From sequence record SRR22947725_2259: DNA of 49,858 nucleotides, one strand, 5' to 3'. The notes below the pieces were generated by a model. It was not told the DNA's origin, ran no database searches, and worked only from the letters and a program-made list of their open reading frames with translations. The first letter of the stretch is position 1. Every line of letters starts with the position of its first letter. The position numbers and the translations under genes were made by a program. Positions 29,523 through 39,239 of the stretch are shown here, one piece after another.

Positions 29523-30581
29523 ATGAAAATTTTAGTTACGGGAATATCTGGTTTTGCAGGCAGTAACATAGCAATTAATATGCTACAGACTGAACCCAAA
29601 AATAAAATCATTGGATTTGATAATCTCTCACGACCAGGTTGCGAAAGAAACATTGAGATACTCAGGAATACTGGCATTGAGATAATTCGAGGTGATATTC
29701 GCAACCAATCAGATATCGACACATTACCAGCTGTAGATTGGATAATTGATTGTGCCGCTAATCCTTCTGTTTTGGCCGGATTAAACGGTCAATCCTCAAG
29801 TCGGCAATTGATGGAGCACAACCTTCTTGGAACGATTAATCTATTAGAATACTGCAAAAAACACAAAGCTGGGTTGATTTTGCTTAGTACCAGTCGCGTA
29901 TACTCGGCTTCGGAACTTGCTGTTTTACCCATGGAATTATCGAATGATCGCTTTGAACTCAAACCCTCTGAAAGAAAAGGTATCTCCCAAAGCGGTATTA
30001 CGGAGAATTTCCCAACTACTGCCCCTATCTCTCTTTATGGTGCATCTAAATTAGCCTCTGAAGCACTGATCCTAGAGTACGGTGAATGTTTTGGTTTCCC
30101 CGTCTGGATCAATCGCTGTGGGGTCCTTGCCGGAGCAGGACAATTTGGAAAGGGTGACCAAGGAATATTTTCCTATTGGATTCATTCCTTCCGAGAAAAG
30201 AGCCCACTTAAATATATTGGTTTCAATGGGACTGGGCATCAGTTAAGAGATGCCCTGCACCCGAAAGATCTTGTCTCTCTGCTCTCTCAGCAAATAATGG
30301 AGCCGGATTCGGAAGCTCCCAAGATAGTTAATTTAGGCGGGGGAATCGACAATTCTATGTCCCTAAAAGAACTGAGTAATTGGTGTGAAGAACGTTTTGG
30401 GAGTAATGAAATAATTTCCTCAGAAGAAGTACGCCCGATGGATGCTCCCTGGATCGTCATCGATTCAACAACTGCTCAAAATGCTTGGAATTGGCATGTT
30501 GAAATCAAAATTGAAGATATTCTTAATGAGATTGCTCAACATGCGGAAGATAATCCTACATGGCTAAGACTGTGTAATTAA
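29523..30581 (+). CDS. NAD-dependent epimerase, second CDP-paratose 2-epimerase-like SDR
   Basis: VTGISGFAG, DCAANPSVLAG, STSRVY, YGASK, GHQLRDALH. Confidence 0.88.
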   Translation: MKILVTGISGFAGSNIAINMLQTEPKNKIIGFDNLSRPGCERNIEILRNTGIEIIRGDIRNQSDIDTLPAVDWIIDCAANPSVLAGLNGQSSSRQLMEHNLLGTINLLEYCKKHKAGLILLSTSRVYSASELAVLPMELSNDRFELKPSERKGISQSGITENFPTTAPISLYGASKLASEALILEYGECFGFPVWINRCGVLAGAGQFGKGDQGIFSYWIHSFREKSPLKYIGFNGTGHQLRDALHPKDLVSLLSQQIMEPDSEAPKIVNLGGGIDNSMSLKELSNWCEERFGSNEIISSEEVRPMDAPWIVIDSTTAQNAWNWHVEIKIEDILNEIAQHAEDNPTWLRLCN

Positions 30582-30582
30582 G

Positions 30583-31686
30583 ATGGCAGAACATAATATA
30601 AAATTTTGCGATTTAAAGCTTCCTGAAATCCGGGAAAAAGAGATATGGGATAGAGCCAAATCTCTTGTTAACCGTAATGGATATATTTTAGACAAGGAGG
30701 TTGAAGATTTTGAAAAATCTTTCGCTTCTTACTGCGATTCCTCTTATTGCATTGGTGTTGCTACCGGATGCGATGCCCTTCTATGGGCAATGGAAGCATT
30801 GGGCATTGGCAAGGGTGATGAAGTCATTACGGTGGCCAACACTTTTATAGGTACTATCTTGCCAATCATTAGAGTTGGTGCAACTCCTGTGCTCGTTGAT
30901 TGCGATCCCCAAACTCAACAGATCGACTTCGCTCAAGTTGAGGCTGCTGTAACGACCCGAACCGCTGCAATCGTTCCAGTTCATCTCTACGGACGTCTCG
31001 CACCGATGGATGAGCTGCTTGTTATAGCCAAAAAACATGGTCTAGCTGTGCTTGAGGATTCTGCCCAAGCACACGGAGCACGATATCAGGGCAGGCGTGC
31101 GGGCAGCATAGGCACCGCGTCCGGATTTAGTTTCTATCCCGCGAAAAATCTTGGTGCATGGGGAGATGGAGGTGCGATAACAAGCAATGATGCTAACTTC
31201 GCGGCAAAGATTAGAAAAATTCGAAATTACGGACAGGAAAAAAAATACATCCACGACACCATGGGCTGGAATAGTCGTTTAGATTCAATCCAAGCAATTG
31301 TTTTGTCCGAGAAACTAAAATTACTCGATCAATGGAACGAAAAACGCAGGGATGCAGCCTCTTGTTATTATGAGCGACTTCAGGATTCCCAGTTTTGCGT
31401 TTATTTGGAAAAACCTGAAAACGAAGCGGTTCATCACCTCTTTGTTATCACTCACAAGGATCGCGACTTCATCCAAGATAAACTCAATGCGGCAAATATT
31501 CCTTCTGGAATCCATTATCCAATCCCCATTCACAAACACAAATGCTTTGCCGATTTGACTTTTACCAAGAATTCTTCCTTTCCTCATGCTGAGCAACAAG
31601 GAAGGGAACTTCTCTCACTACCCATGCATCCAAACTTAACAGAATGCGAAATTGAGCAAGTTTGTAATTGCCTGAATAATTTATGA
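30583..31686 (+). CDS. DegT family sugar aminotransferase (FdtB/WbpE/GnnB-like)
   Basis: PVHLYG, EDSAQAHGA, SFYPAKNLGAWGDGG, NSRLD. Confidence 0.95.
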   Translation: MAEHNIKFCDLKLPEIREKEIWDRAKSLVNRNGYILDKEVEDFEKSFASYCDSSYCIGVATGCDALLWAMEALGIGKGDEVITVANTFIGTILPIIRVGATPVLVDCDPQTQQIDFAQVEAAVTTRTAAIVPVHLYGRLAPMDELLVIAKKHGLAVLEDSAQAHGARYQGRRAGSIGTASGFSFYPAKNLGAWGDGGAITSNDANFAAKIRKIRNYGQEKKYIHDTMGWNSRLDSIQAIVLSEKLKLLDQWNEKRRDAASCYYERLQDSQFCVYLEKPENEAVHHLFVITHKDRDFIQDKLNAANIPSGIHYPIPIHKHKCFADLTFTKNSSFPHAEQQGRELLSLPMHPNLTECEIEQVCNCLNNL

Positions 31687-32153
31687 ATTCGTTAAACACC
31701 CCACAATTAATCAAAACTCAGATTATTGATGTCACCTGCGGAAAAGGGGTTAGAATTATAGAACCGAGCAACTTATATGGATGTACAATTGGCGACGGGT
31801 CATTCATCGGACCTTTTGTGGAAATACAATCAAAAGCGAACATTGGTAAAAACTGTAAAATCCAATCCCATTCATTCATTTGTTCATTAGTAAATGTTAG
31901 TGATTTTTGTTTTATCGGTCATGGTGTTACTTTCACAAATGATGTCTTTAAAAATGGAGCATTTTCTTGTAACGAGAAAGACTGGTTGCCAACTTACATT
32001 GAAGACCATGTATCGATTGGCTCAGGTTCTACTATCTTACCCGTTAGAATTGCATCAGGCTGTGTAATTGGTGCCGGTGCAGTTGTTACCAAAGATTTGA
32101 ATATTAAAGGAGTCTATGCTGGCAATCCTGCTAAATTAATTAGGAAACTTTAA
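31683..32153 (+). CDS. Hexapeptide-repeat N-acetyltransferase (WbpD/WlbB/FdtC-like)
   Basis: IGPFVEIQ, KIQSHSFIC, GHGVTFTND, AGNPAK. Confidence 0.9.
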   Translation: MNSLNTPQLIKTQIIDVTCGKGVRIIEPSNLYGCTIGDGSFIGPFVEIQSKANIGKNCKIQSHSFICSLVNVSDFCFIGHGVTFTNDVFKNGAFSCNEKDWLPTYIEDHVSIGSGSTILPVRIASGCVIGAGAVVTKDLNIKGVYAGNPAKLIRKL

Positions 32154-32956
32154 TGGATACCAGAAACATATCCAATAAAAAGTATATCTCTAATTTGATC
32201 GCATCAATTAAATCGAAACCTATTGATAAGCGAATTTCCTACAGAGGTTTCACTCTACTTGTTACCATGCCCTGTTGGAATGAAGAGGGAAAGGTAGGTC
32301 CAGGTGTAAAAGCCGTTCCAAGGGACTTAGTTGATACAGTTTGTGTGGTTGATAACGGCTCTATTGATGCTACCGCAAAGGAAGCAAAAGACGCTGGAGC
32401 ATTAGTAATATCCCATACACAAAATCTCGGGGCAGGTGGAGGAATCAGATCAGGACTAGAGTATGGAAGACAAAATAATTACGATTTTTTGGCCGTACTA
32501 GCTGGAGATAATCAAGATGACCCCAATGATCTCTACAAAGCGATCGACAAACTAATCGATGAAAACCTTGATTATGTACAAGGGTCCAGATGGTTAAAGG
32601 AAGGCAAAAGAGAGAACATGACTTTTTCGCGTACAGTGCTTACATGGATTTATTCTTTGCTGTTCCGGATTTTATTTAAAACAAAAATTACCGATGCAAC
32701 CAACGGATTTCGTATTTTTAAAAGAGAAGTGCTCAGCAATAAAAATCTCAATCTATGGCAAGATTGGCTACTTCAATATGAATTGGAACCTTACCTTCTT
32801 ATTCAAACCTGCAGAGCTGGATACAAAGTTGCTGAGGTTCCCGTAACTAAGCGTTATCACCACGATATGAAAGATAATACTAAAATGGTTCCTTTCAAAA
32901 GTTGGTGGTCAATCCTGAGACCTCTCTTTTTACTAAGCCTAAAAATCAAATCATGA
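32153..32956 (+). CDS. GT2 polyprenol-phosphate glycosyltransferase (DPM1/ArnC-like)
   Basis: MPCWNEE, VDNGSID, AGDNQD, VQGSRW, TDATNGFR. Confidence 0.88.
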   Translation: MDTRNISNKKYISNLIASIKSKPIDKRISYRGFTLLVTMPCWNEEGKVGPGVKAVPRDLVDTVCVVDNGSIDATAKEAKDAGALVISHTQNLGAGGGIRSGLEYGRQNNYDFLAVLAGDNQDDPNDLYKAIDKLIDENLDYVQGSRWLKEGKRENMTFSRTVLTWIYSLLFRILFKTKITDATNGFRIFKREVLSNKNLNLWQDWLLQYELEPYLLIQTCRAGYKVAEVPVTKRYHHDMKDNTKMVPFKSWWSILRPLFLLSLKIKS

Positions 32957-33981
32957 ACCAAAAAATTAAGATCGGTGTTATCGGTGCTGGCAGATGGGGG
33001 CCTAATCTAATCGGTGCATTTAATCGAATGGACGGTGTAGAACTGACTCGAATCGCTGACATCAATCCAATAGCATTACAGTCCCTCTCTAATCGTTTCC
33101 CGACCTTGCAAACAACGACTTCAACAGAACAGCTTTTTGAGGATGAATCAATTGATGCAATAGTAATATGTACGCCAGTAGAAACTCATATGGAATTGGT
33201 TCAAACCTCCCTAAGCGCCGGGAAACATGTATTCGTCGAAAAACCCTTTGGGCAAGACTCAGAACATTGCAATCAACTATGTAAGCTTGCTGATAAAAAT
33301 GGCCTTCAAATTTTAGTTGGCCATGTCTTTCTCTTTAATGCATCGATTGTTGCCTTAAAGAAAATTATTAACTCCGGTGAGCTTGGTGAGTTGCTTCACT
33401 TGGAAGCTCACAGAACCAATTTAGGCCCCGTAAGAAAGGATGTGAACGCGGTCTGGGACCTAACCTCCCACGATCTTTCGATTTTCGATTTTCTTCTAGA
33501 CGATTTACCTATTGAAGTTAGTTGCATTGGTAGTTGTAAGCTTGACCCTCAAAACGCAGATACCTCGTACACCACCTTCAAGTACAAAAATGGCACACTT
33601 GCACATGCTCACGCAAGTTGGCTTAACCCTAGAAAAGTTCGCCAGATAACTGTAATCGGATCCATGAAAATGGTTCTTTGGGACGACTTGAACATGGATA
33701 ATCCTATCACAATTTATGATTCCTCCATCGGGCTTGATCAATCCTATTACTCAGACTCATTCGCCTCCCATCGACTTTCTTACAAACGTGGAAATGTAGT
33801 GTTGCCCAATATTTCAAATAATGAGCCATTATTCGATGAGTTGAAACACTTTATTAATGTAATTCAAAGTAAAGAAAAGAATCGATCTTCAGGCAAATAT
33901 GGAACTGAGTTAGCCAAAACACTACAAGCCGCAGACCAATCCATCCAAAACGGTGGAAAATTCATAGAAGTTTCTAGATAA
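32953..33981 (+). CDS. Gfo/Idh/MocA oxidoreductase (GnnA/WbpB-like sugar dehydrogenase)
   Basis: GVIGAGRWG, VFVEKP, DLTSHD, SWLNPRKVR; ATG 32953 in an ATGA overlap. Confidence 0.92.
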   Translation: MNQKIKIGVIGAGRWGPNLIGAFNRMDGVELTRIADINPIALQSLSNRFPTLQTTTSTEQLFEDESIDAIVICTPVETHMELVQTSLSAGKHVFVEKPFGQDSEHCNQLCKLADKNGLQILVGHVFLFNASIVALKKIINSGELGELLHLEAHRTNLGPVRKDVNAVWDLTSHDLSIFDFLLDDLPIEVSCIGSCKLDPQNADTSYTTFKYKNGTLAHAHASWLNPRKVRQITVIGSMKMVLWDDLNMDNPITIYDSSIGLDQSYYSDSFASHRLSYKRGNVVLPNISNNEPLFDELKHFINVIQSKEKNRSSGKYGTELAKTLQAADQSIQNGGKFIEVSR

Positions 33982-34016
33982 TCGAAGCTATCAGGACGAG
34001 CACTCGGACATTTAAG

Positions 34017-35933
34017 TTGTTAATTTCTCTGCCTATTTGGTGGTTACTTTTTTTTGCAATTGAATCTGCCTTGCTTCGAAGTAAACAACCAGAATGGCTT
34101 AATATATATTCTTCTCAAAAATTACTTTTTATCTCGGGATCTTTTACACTATCTGTTTTTTTGTTATTCCGAATCCAAAAACTCATTATCCCCATTCGGT
34201 TAATTTGGGTTTGGGATAAGGTGTCCTCTCGGTTTCATCTGTTTTTTGTATTGATTACGGTTTTATTCGCAATTCCTTTTTTTGGAAAAGGAGTTAGTGT
34301 AGGTGAGGATATTGGCGGTCAAGTAAAGTCTTCACTTCAATGGTTCGAAGGAACTGTAATTGCACCTAACTTAATTAATCAACCTGACAGAACAAATCTT
34401 TCCTTAAATAGAACTGAATGGTTATTGAGACCTCCTGGTGCATCTCTTTTACCCATCCCAGGAATGCTTGTAGGTTTATCTCTCGGGCAATCTATTAAGC
34501 TTGCTTTACTTGCATGCGGGTTAGTGGGCGGATTGGGGTGGCTTAAACTCTTCAGGATGTTTAAAATAAATCAATCGATTCTTTCCATTATTGCTATTTT
34601 ACTTGGGTCATTTGCTGGTCTATCAACTAGTTCATATTCCACTACCAATGTAATTCTCTTCAGCTTAGTGCCATGGTTCATTATAGGTGCACTCAAACTT
34701 AATAATTTTCTTGCTGACACAAAATGGCCTTTACGAGGAACTTTTTTAATTTTCATTTTTCTTTTTGTACTCGGTTGCTTTGCCTGGATAAAACTTTCTG
34801 GTCTGATTGTAGCTGGAACAATTGCCGCCGTTCTTTTCTTTTTACTTTTGAAAAGATACTCAGATCAAAGCAGATTGTCATTCGTTGTAATCTTTGCGGT
34901 GATAGGTTGCATATTTTGGGCACCAATGATCGCTCTTGAAAAAACCAACTTGTCAATGAGTGGTCAGACTGCAGATAAATTGTACGGGAATATCGTCTCT
35001 GATGTGGAAGCCCCCCTGACCGGTAAGCATTGGCTCAACAGCACCAGAAGTGTTTGGTTAGCGTGGAGTTTTGTAGCTGCCCCAGGTTATGCATTACCGA
35101 CAAAAAGCGTTGCAAATGGTTTAAGGGATTTGGGTAAACAATTTCCAGAGTTTTGTTCGTGGATGGACTCCCACCAAATTAATGAGCATGTACTGCTTGC
35201 TGGTCTTGTAGGTCTTGCTCTTACCTTGATACTACTAACCCATCTACTTCATATTCAACATCATCTTAATGATCAACTGAAAGTACTTGTTATATGTTTT
35301 GCGACCATTCCTTTTATTGGGTTAGCCGTTCTGGCATATCGTTATCAGTGGAATTATTTATTGTATCACTCCCATACTTATGAGTTTTGGTGGGTTCTTT
35401 TAATCCCAATTGTAATAGGAATTGGTATTCCTCGAAAAATGAAACTTTATTCCATAGTTTTAATTGGAGTAACGATTGCATTTCCCATCACCAAAAATTT
35501 TGAAACAATTGTTAGAAAAATTTCAAATTTTGGGACTCATTGGGCTTCAAATACTGAACTCCAACGAGGCTTAACAAAAAGCAGATTTTCAAAGGTAATC
35601 GAATTCATTGAAAAAGATTCAAACAACCCATTGGACATACTGTTTTTTCTTCCATCAGGAGATATGGGTGATTTAATTCTTCGCACGAAGATGAGAACTC
35701 TAGCTACCCATTTTTCAGGCGATAACTTTCAGAAATCCGGATCATTTAAAACAAGTAAGACTTTAAATGTTTACTGTGCGTATGACTCGTCATTGGGTAA
35801 CAATAAAAAATTTATTGAATCATTTGATTCGAAGTTTCCACAAAAGATTTCCAATGAAATCATTCATTCTGAAATGATAACCGTATTAAAAATCACTCTA
35901 AGTCCTAGTTCATCGATCGAACAACCTTCATGA
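34017..35933 (+). CDS. Large polytopic membrane protein, putative GT-C glycosyltransferase
   Basis: 638 aa, more than 12 hydrophobic segments; GEDIGGQ and RPPGASLL loop motifs; start uncertain. Confidence 0.5.
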   Translation: MLISLPIWWLLFFAIESALLRSKQPEWLNIYSSQKLLFISGSFTLSVFLLFRIQKLIIPIRLIWVWDKVSSRFHLFFVLITVLFAIPFFGKGVSVGEDIGGQVKSSLQWFEGTVIAPNLINQPDRTNLSLNRTEWLLRPPGASLLPIPGMLVGLSLGQSIKLALLACGLVGGLGWLKLFRMFKINQSILSIIAILLGSFAGLSTSSYSTTNVILFSLVPWFIIGALKLNNFLADTKWPLRGTFLIFIFLFVLGCFAWIKLSGLIVAGTIAAVLFFLLLKRYSDQSRLSFVVIFAVIGCIFWAPMIALEKTNLSMSGQTADKLYGNIVSDVEAPLTGKHWLNSTRSVWLAWSFVAAPGYALPTKSVANGLRDLGKQFPEFCSWMDSHQINEHVLLAGLVGLALTLILLTHLLHIQHHLNDQLKVLVICFATIPFIGLAVLAYRYQWNYLLYHSHTYEFWWVLLIPIVIGIGIPRKMKLYSIVLIGVTIAFPITKNFETIVRKISNFGTHWASNTELQRGLTKSRFSKVIEFIEKDSNNPLDILFFLPSGDMGDLILRTKMRTLATHFSGDNFQKSGSFKTSKTLNVYCAYDSSLGNNKKFIESFDSKFPQKISNEIIHSEMITVLKITLSPSSSIEQPS

Positions 35934-36664
35934 ATAAGTTATCGATCATTATACCCGGACGCGATGAGGCAGAAAACCTGCCAGCATGTATTTACGCGAT
36001 AATTGAAGAGCTTATTAAAAATAAAATTCTGCATGAAGTATTATTTATCGATGATGGTAGTACGGATAATACTCACGAAGTTGTTGCCTCAATGATCAAA
36101 AGGTATCCATCTATCAAATATGTTAGAAACGAGGAGAGAAATGGGTTTGGCAGAGCTATTAGGCTTGGCCTCGATGAATATACTGGCGATGCAGTGGCGA
36201 TAATGATGGCTGATCGCTCTGACTCTCCGAAAGATTTAGTGTTGTACTGGAAAACACTCCAAGAGGGATATGAGTGTGTATTTGGGAGTCGATTTATAAG
36301 GGGCAGTCGCGTTTACAATTATCCAAAGCTCAAATTACTGGCCAACCGCATTGTAAACACAATGATTCGCTATGCTTTCCGAATCGAAACAAATGATGTA
36401 ACTAATGCTTTTAAAATGTACCGGCGCGAGGTTATTGATGGTTGCAAACCTCTTATATCTCCTCATTTCAACCTTACGGTAGAACTACCGCTGAAAGCAA
36501 TCATTAGAGGATACACATGGAAAGTGATTCCCATTTCTTGGAAAAATCGAGTAAAAGGAATCGCCAAGCTTAAGCTTAGGGAGATGGGGTCTCGCTACTT
36601 TTTCATAATCGCATACTTATGGCTTGAAAAATATTTTAGTAGAGGAGACTACCTAAGGAAGTGA
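35930..36664 (+). CDS. GT2 polyprenol-phosphate glycosyltransferase (DPM1-like)
   Basis: LSIIIP, IDDGSTD, MADRSDSP, FGSRF, DVTNAFK. Confidence 0.9.
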   Translation: MNKLSIIIPGRDEAENLPACIYAIIEELIKNKILHEVLFIDDGSTDNTHEVVASMIKRYPSIKYVRNEERNGFGRAIRLGLDEYTGDAVAIMMADRSDSPKDLVLYWKTLQEGYECVFGSRFIRGSRVYNYPKLKLLANRIVNTMIRYAFRIETNDVTNAFKMYRREVIDGCKPLISPHFNLTVELPLKAIIRGYTWKVIPISWKNRVKGIAKLKLREMGSRYFFIIAYLWLEKYFSRGDYLRK

Positions 36665-37317
36665 ACAATAAGCTAACCCAAATTTACGAAATTCGTTTTT
36701 CAGGGTTTGAAAAATACCGCAACCAAGTCTGGAAAATCTTAGTAAGCCGATTTTTCAGCAAATGGATATACCCAAATGCACGAATACTTGATTTGGGGTG
36801 TGGATATGGAGAATTCATCAACAATGTTGATTCTGAAACTCGACATGGCATGGATCTGAACCCAAATGCTCAAGAACATCTTTCAGACGGGGTAATCTTT
36901 CATAAACAGGATTGCTCAGAAGATTGGTCATTTGAGCCCCATTCACTAGATATTGTTTTCACTAGTAATTTCTTCGAACACCTCCCCAATAAGATAGCCT
37001 TAGACCAAACAATTGCACATGTTCATAAAGCCTTAAAACCCGGTGGCTTTATTATCGCCATGGGACCCAATATTGCGGTTCTCAAAGGTAAATATTGGGA
37101 TTTTTGGGACCATCATGTGCCCTTGTCTACCCAATCACTTAACGAGTTACTTGAAATTCACGGCTTCGAAATTGAAAAGTCTATCGACCGCTTCTTACCA
37201 TACAACATGGTAAGGGTTCGCAGGCACCCCCTTTGTCTATTACGGCTTTACCTACATCTTCCTTATGTATGGCGACTTTTTGGTAAGCAATTCTTGATCG
37301 TCGCAAAAAAGAAGTGA
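36661..37317 (+). CDS. Class I SAM-dependent methyltransferase
   Basis: LDLGCGYGEF, SNFFEHL, LKPGG, YWDFWDH; GTG start. Confidence 0.9.
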   Translation: MNNKLTQIYEIRFSGFEKYRNQVWKILVSRFFSKWIYPNARILDLGCGYGEFINNVDSETRHGMDLNPNAQEHLSDGVIFHKQDCSEDWSFEPHSLDIVFTSNFFEHLPNKIALDQTIAHVHKALKPGGFIIAMGPNIAVLKGKYWDFWDHHVPLSTQSLNELLEIHGFEIEKSIDRFLPYNMVRVRRHPLCLLRLYLHLPYVWRLFGKQFLIVAKKK

Positions 37318-38342
37318 ACCGAAAATCTTCTTTACTCTACCTCAGTGCGAGTCTGCTCCTCGCACTATCATTTACTTATTTTTATTTCCTGTACACGAAT
37401 GAGTATCCCCAGGGTAGTTTTGAACGAATGGCTAATTTTGAGGCCGACAAAGTTTTCCAAACAAGGTTGCTTATTACCACAATAGCAAATGCCTTAGAAC
37501 CATTTCTTCCAGCCCTTCGCTTTGCTTTCCAATGGATTGTACCCTATCCGATTGGATTTGAAGTACTTTTACAATTACTCAATGTCCTCTTCCTTACTCT
37601 GTTACTGTGGATTATGCCATTGTTACTTAATTGCCTGAATTGTCGCGTCAATAAATGGATTTGTTTACTAGTAATGGTGCCCATCACTTGGAACTACTTA
37701 ATGATTAACGGATATTTTGACGGAGCTGGCCTGTACTATCCTTACGATATTCCATCGATGACCTTTTTTGCCGGAGGCATTATCTTATTTTTACAAAAAA
37801 AATGGATTTGGTTCTATCTCGTTTTCATCCTTGCCTGCTTAAATCGAGAATCGGCCTGTTTTATTACTTTGGGTGGATTCTTGCTCACTTTGCAAATCGG
37901 AAAGAAGTCTAATCTTGAAACATTTATCAAGTCCAATAGCAGGATGCTAACACAAGTAATAGCACAAGCAGGTATTTGGCTAGCTATACGGCTTATCCTT
38001 TCCTACGCATTCCGTGACAATCCTGGTGAGTTTTTTGAAAAACCACACTCGATATTTGATTTCATGGGGAAAGTATGGAGTGGAGAGTCCCACTGGGCGA
38101 TGAACAACCCTCGCTTGTTTCTAACTTTGTTTGCGGGGGTTTGGATTGTCCCACTACTGTATTGGCGAAATTTGAATCAATCGGCGAAACGACTTTGTGC
38201 GTTGGGTCTAGTCTATCTTTTAGCCCTAGTCTTGAGATCGAATATGATGGAAACCAGAGTATATAACGAACTAAATGTGATAGTAGCCATCTGTGCAATC
38301 TGTGCAATCAGCCCAAAACTATCCACAACAAAGCCTACATGA
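37314..38342 (+). CDS. Polytopic membrane protein, possible small GT-C glycosyltransferase
   Basis: About 8 hydrophobic segments; FQTRLL, YPYDIP, LNRESA, ETRVY motifs; GTG start. Confidence 0.5.
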   Translation: MNRKSSLLYLSASLLLALSFTYFYFLYTNEYPQGSFERMANFEADKVFQTRLLITTIANALEPFLPALRFAFQWIVPYPIGFEVLLQLLNVLFLTLLLWIMPLLLNCLNCRVNKWICLLVMVPITWNYLMINGYFDGAGLYYPYDIPSMTFFAGGIILFLQKKWIWFYLVFILACLNRESACFITLGGFLLTLQIGKKSNLETFIKSNSRMLTQVIAQAGIWLAIRLILSYAFRDNPGEFFEKPHSIFDFMGKVWSGESHWAMNNPRLFLTLFAGVWIVPLLYWRNLNQSAKRLCALGLVYLLALVLRSNMMETRVYNELNVIVAICAICAISPKLSTTKPT

Positions 38343-39229
38343 GAAGATGGCTTTTGATTCAAAGAGACTATGGTCAATTGGGGAACCGCCTTCACTCCCA
38401 TGCCAATGCCCTCGCTTGGTGCATTGAAAACAAAGCAAATTTGGTAAACCTAAGTTTCCAAAAATACTCTCCTTGGTTTTCCTCTAACGAATGCAAGTCG
38501 GTTGACATCTTCATTTCTCGGAAAAGCAGACTTGTTGCCATTTTGCGTTCTAGTTACGCGAAAAAACTTCTTGATCGGCTTTGTCGAAGTGACAAATGGT
38601 TAAAACGATTAACTAAGATAATGATCTTGGAAAAAAAAGATTCTGACTATCTGTCAGAGAAGGAACTTGATCAGTCCTTTAACAGTGACACAAAAGCCAA
38701 AGCTTTACTGGTAAGATCTTGGGACTTAAAATGCCCAGATTCGCTTAATAAGCACCAAAACGCGGTCCGAAAATTTCTAATTCCATCAAAGGTGTTTGCA
38801 AATGCTTCTGAATCTTTGATTGTCAAACTGCGTAGAAATTACGACTGCGTTGTTGGTGTGCATGCTCGTAGGGGAGATTATAAGAAATATCTTGAAGGAA
38901 TCCACTTCCATAGTTGGGATGCTTACAAAGAATGGATTCAACAGACAAAAGGTTTATTAGAAGAACAGGGCAAAGGTAGAGTGGGATTTCTTCTTTGCTC
39001 CGATGACCATACGGATAAAGCGACATTTTATGATCTGCCCGTAACTTTCGGAAATTCAAAATCAGTGATGACCGATCTTCACTCCCTTTCTTTGTGTGAT
39101 TACAACATAGGTCCACCTAGTTCCTTTGGAACATGGTTATCATGGTACGGCAAAGTACCAAGATTGGTGATTCAAAAAGGCCTGCAAATTAAATCAATAT
39201 CTCAATTCGTAACTTGCTCGCAATGTTAG
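38339..39229 (+). CDS. GT11-like (alpha-1,2-fucosyltransferase family) glycosyltransferase
   Basis: GQLGNRL, GVHARRGDY, CSD, SSFGTW. Confidence 0.8.
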   Translation: MRRWLLIQRDYGQLGNRLHSHANALAWCIENKANLVNLSFQKYSPWFSSNECKSVDIFISRKSRLVAILRSSYAKKLLDRLCRSDKWLKRLTKIMILEKKDSDYLSEKELDQSFNSDTKAKALLVRSWDLKCPDSLNKHQNAVRKFLIPSKVFANASESLIVKLRRNYDCVVGVHARRGDYKKYLEGIHFHSWDAYKEWIQQTKGLLEEQGKGRVGFLLCSDDHTDKATFYDLPVTFGNSKSVMTDLHSLSLCDYNIGPPSSFGTWLSWYGKVPRLVIQKGLQIKSISQFVTCSQC

Positions 39230-39239
39230 GTAAAAAGCC

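Noticed and set aside
38289..38309. 9-bp tandem repeat (ATCTGTGCA x2.3, encoding ICAICAI)
   Set aside because: Too short, in frame, and no evidence of variability
38339..39229. Specific call as a fucosyltransferase
   Set aside because: GT11-like motifs are present but no gmd/fcl genes are in the window, so the donor cannot be assigned
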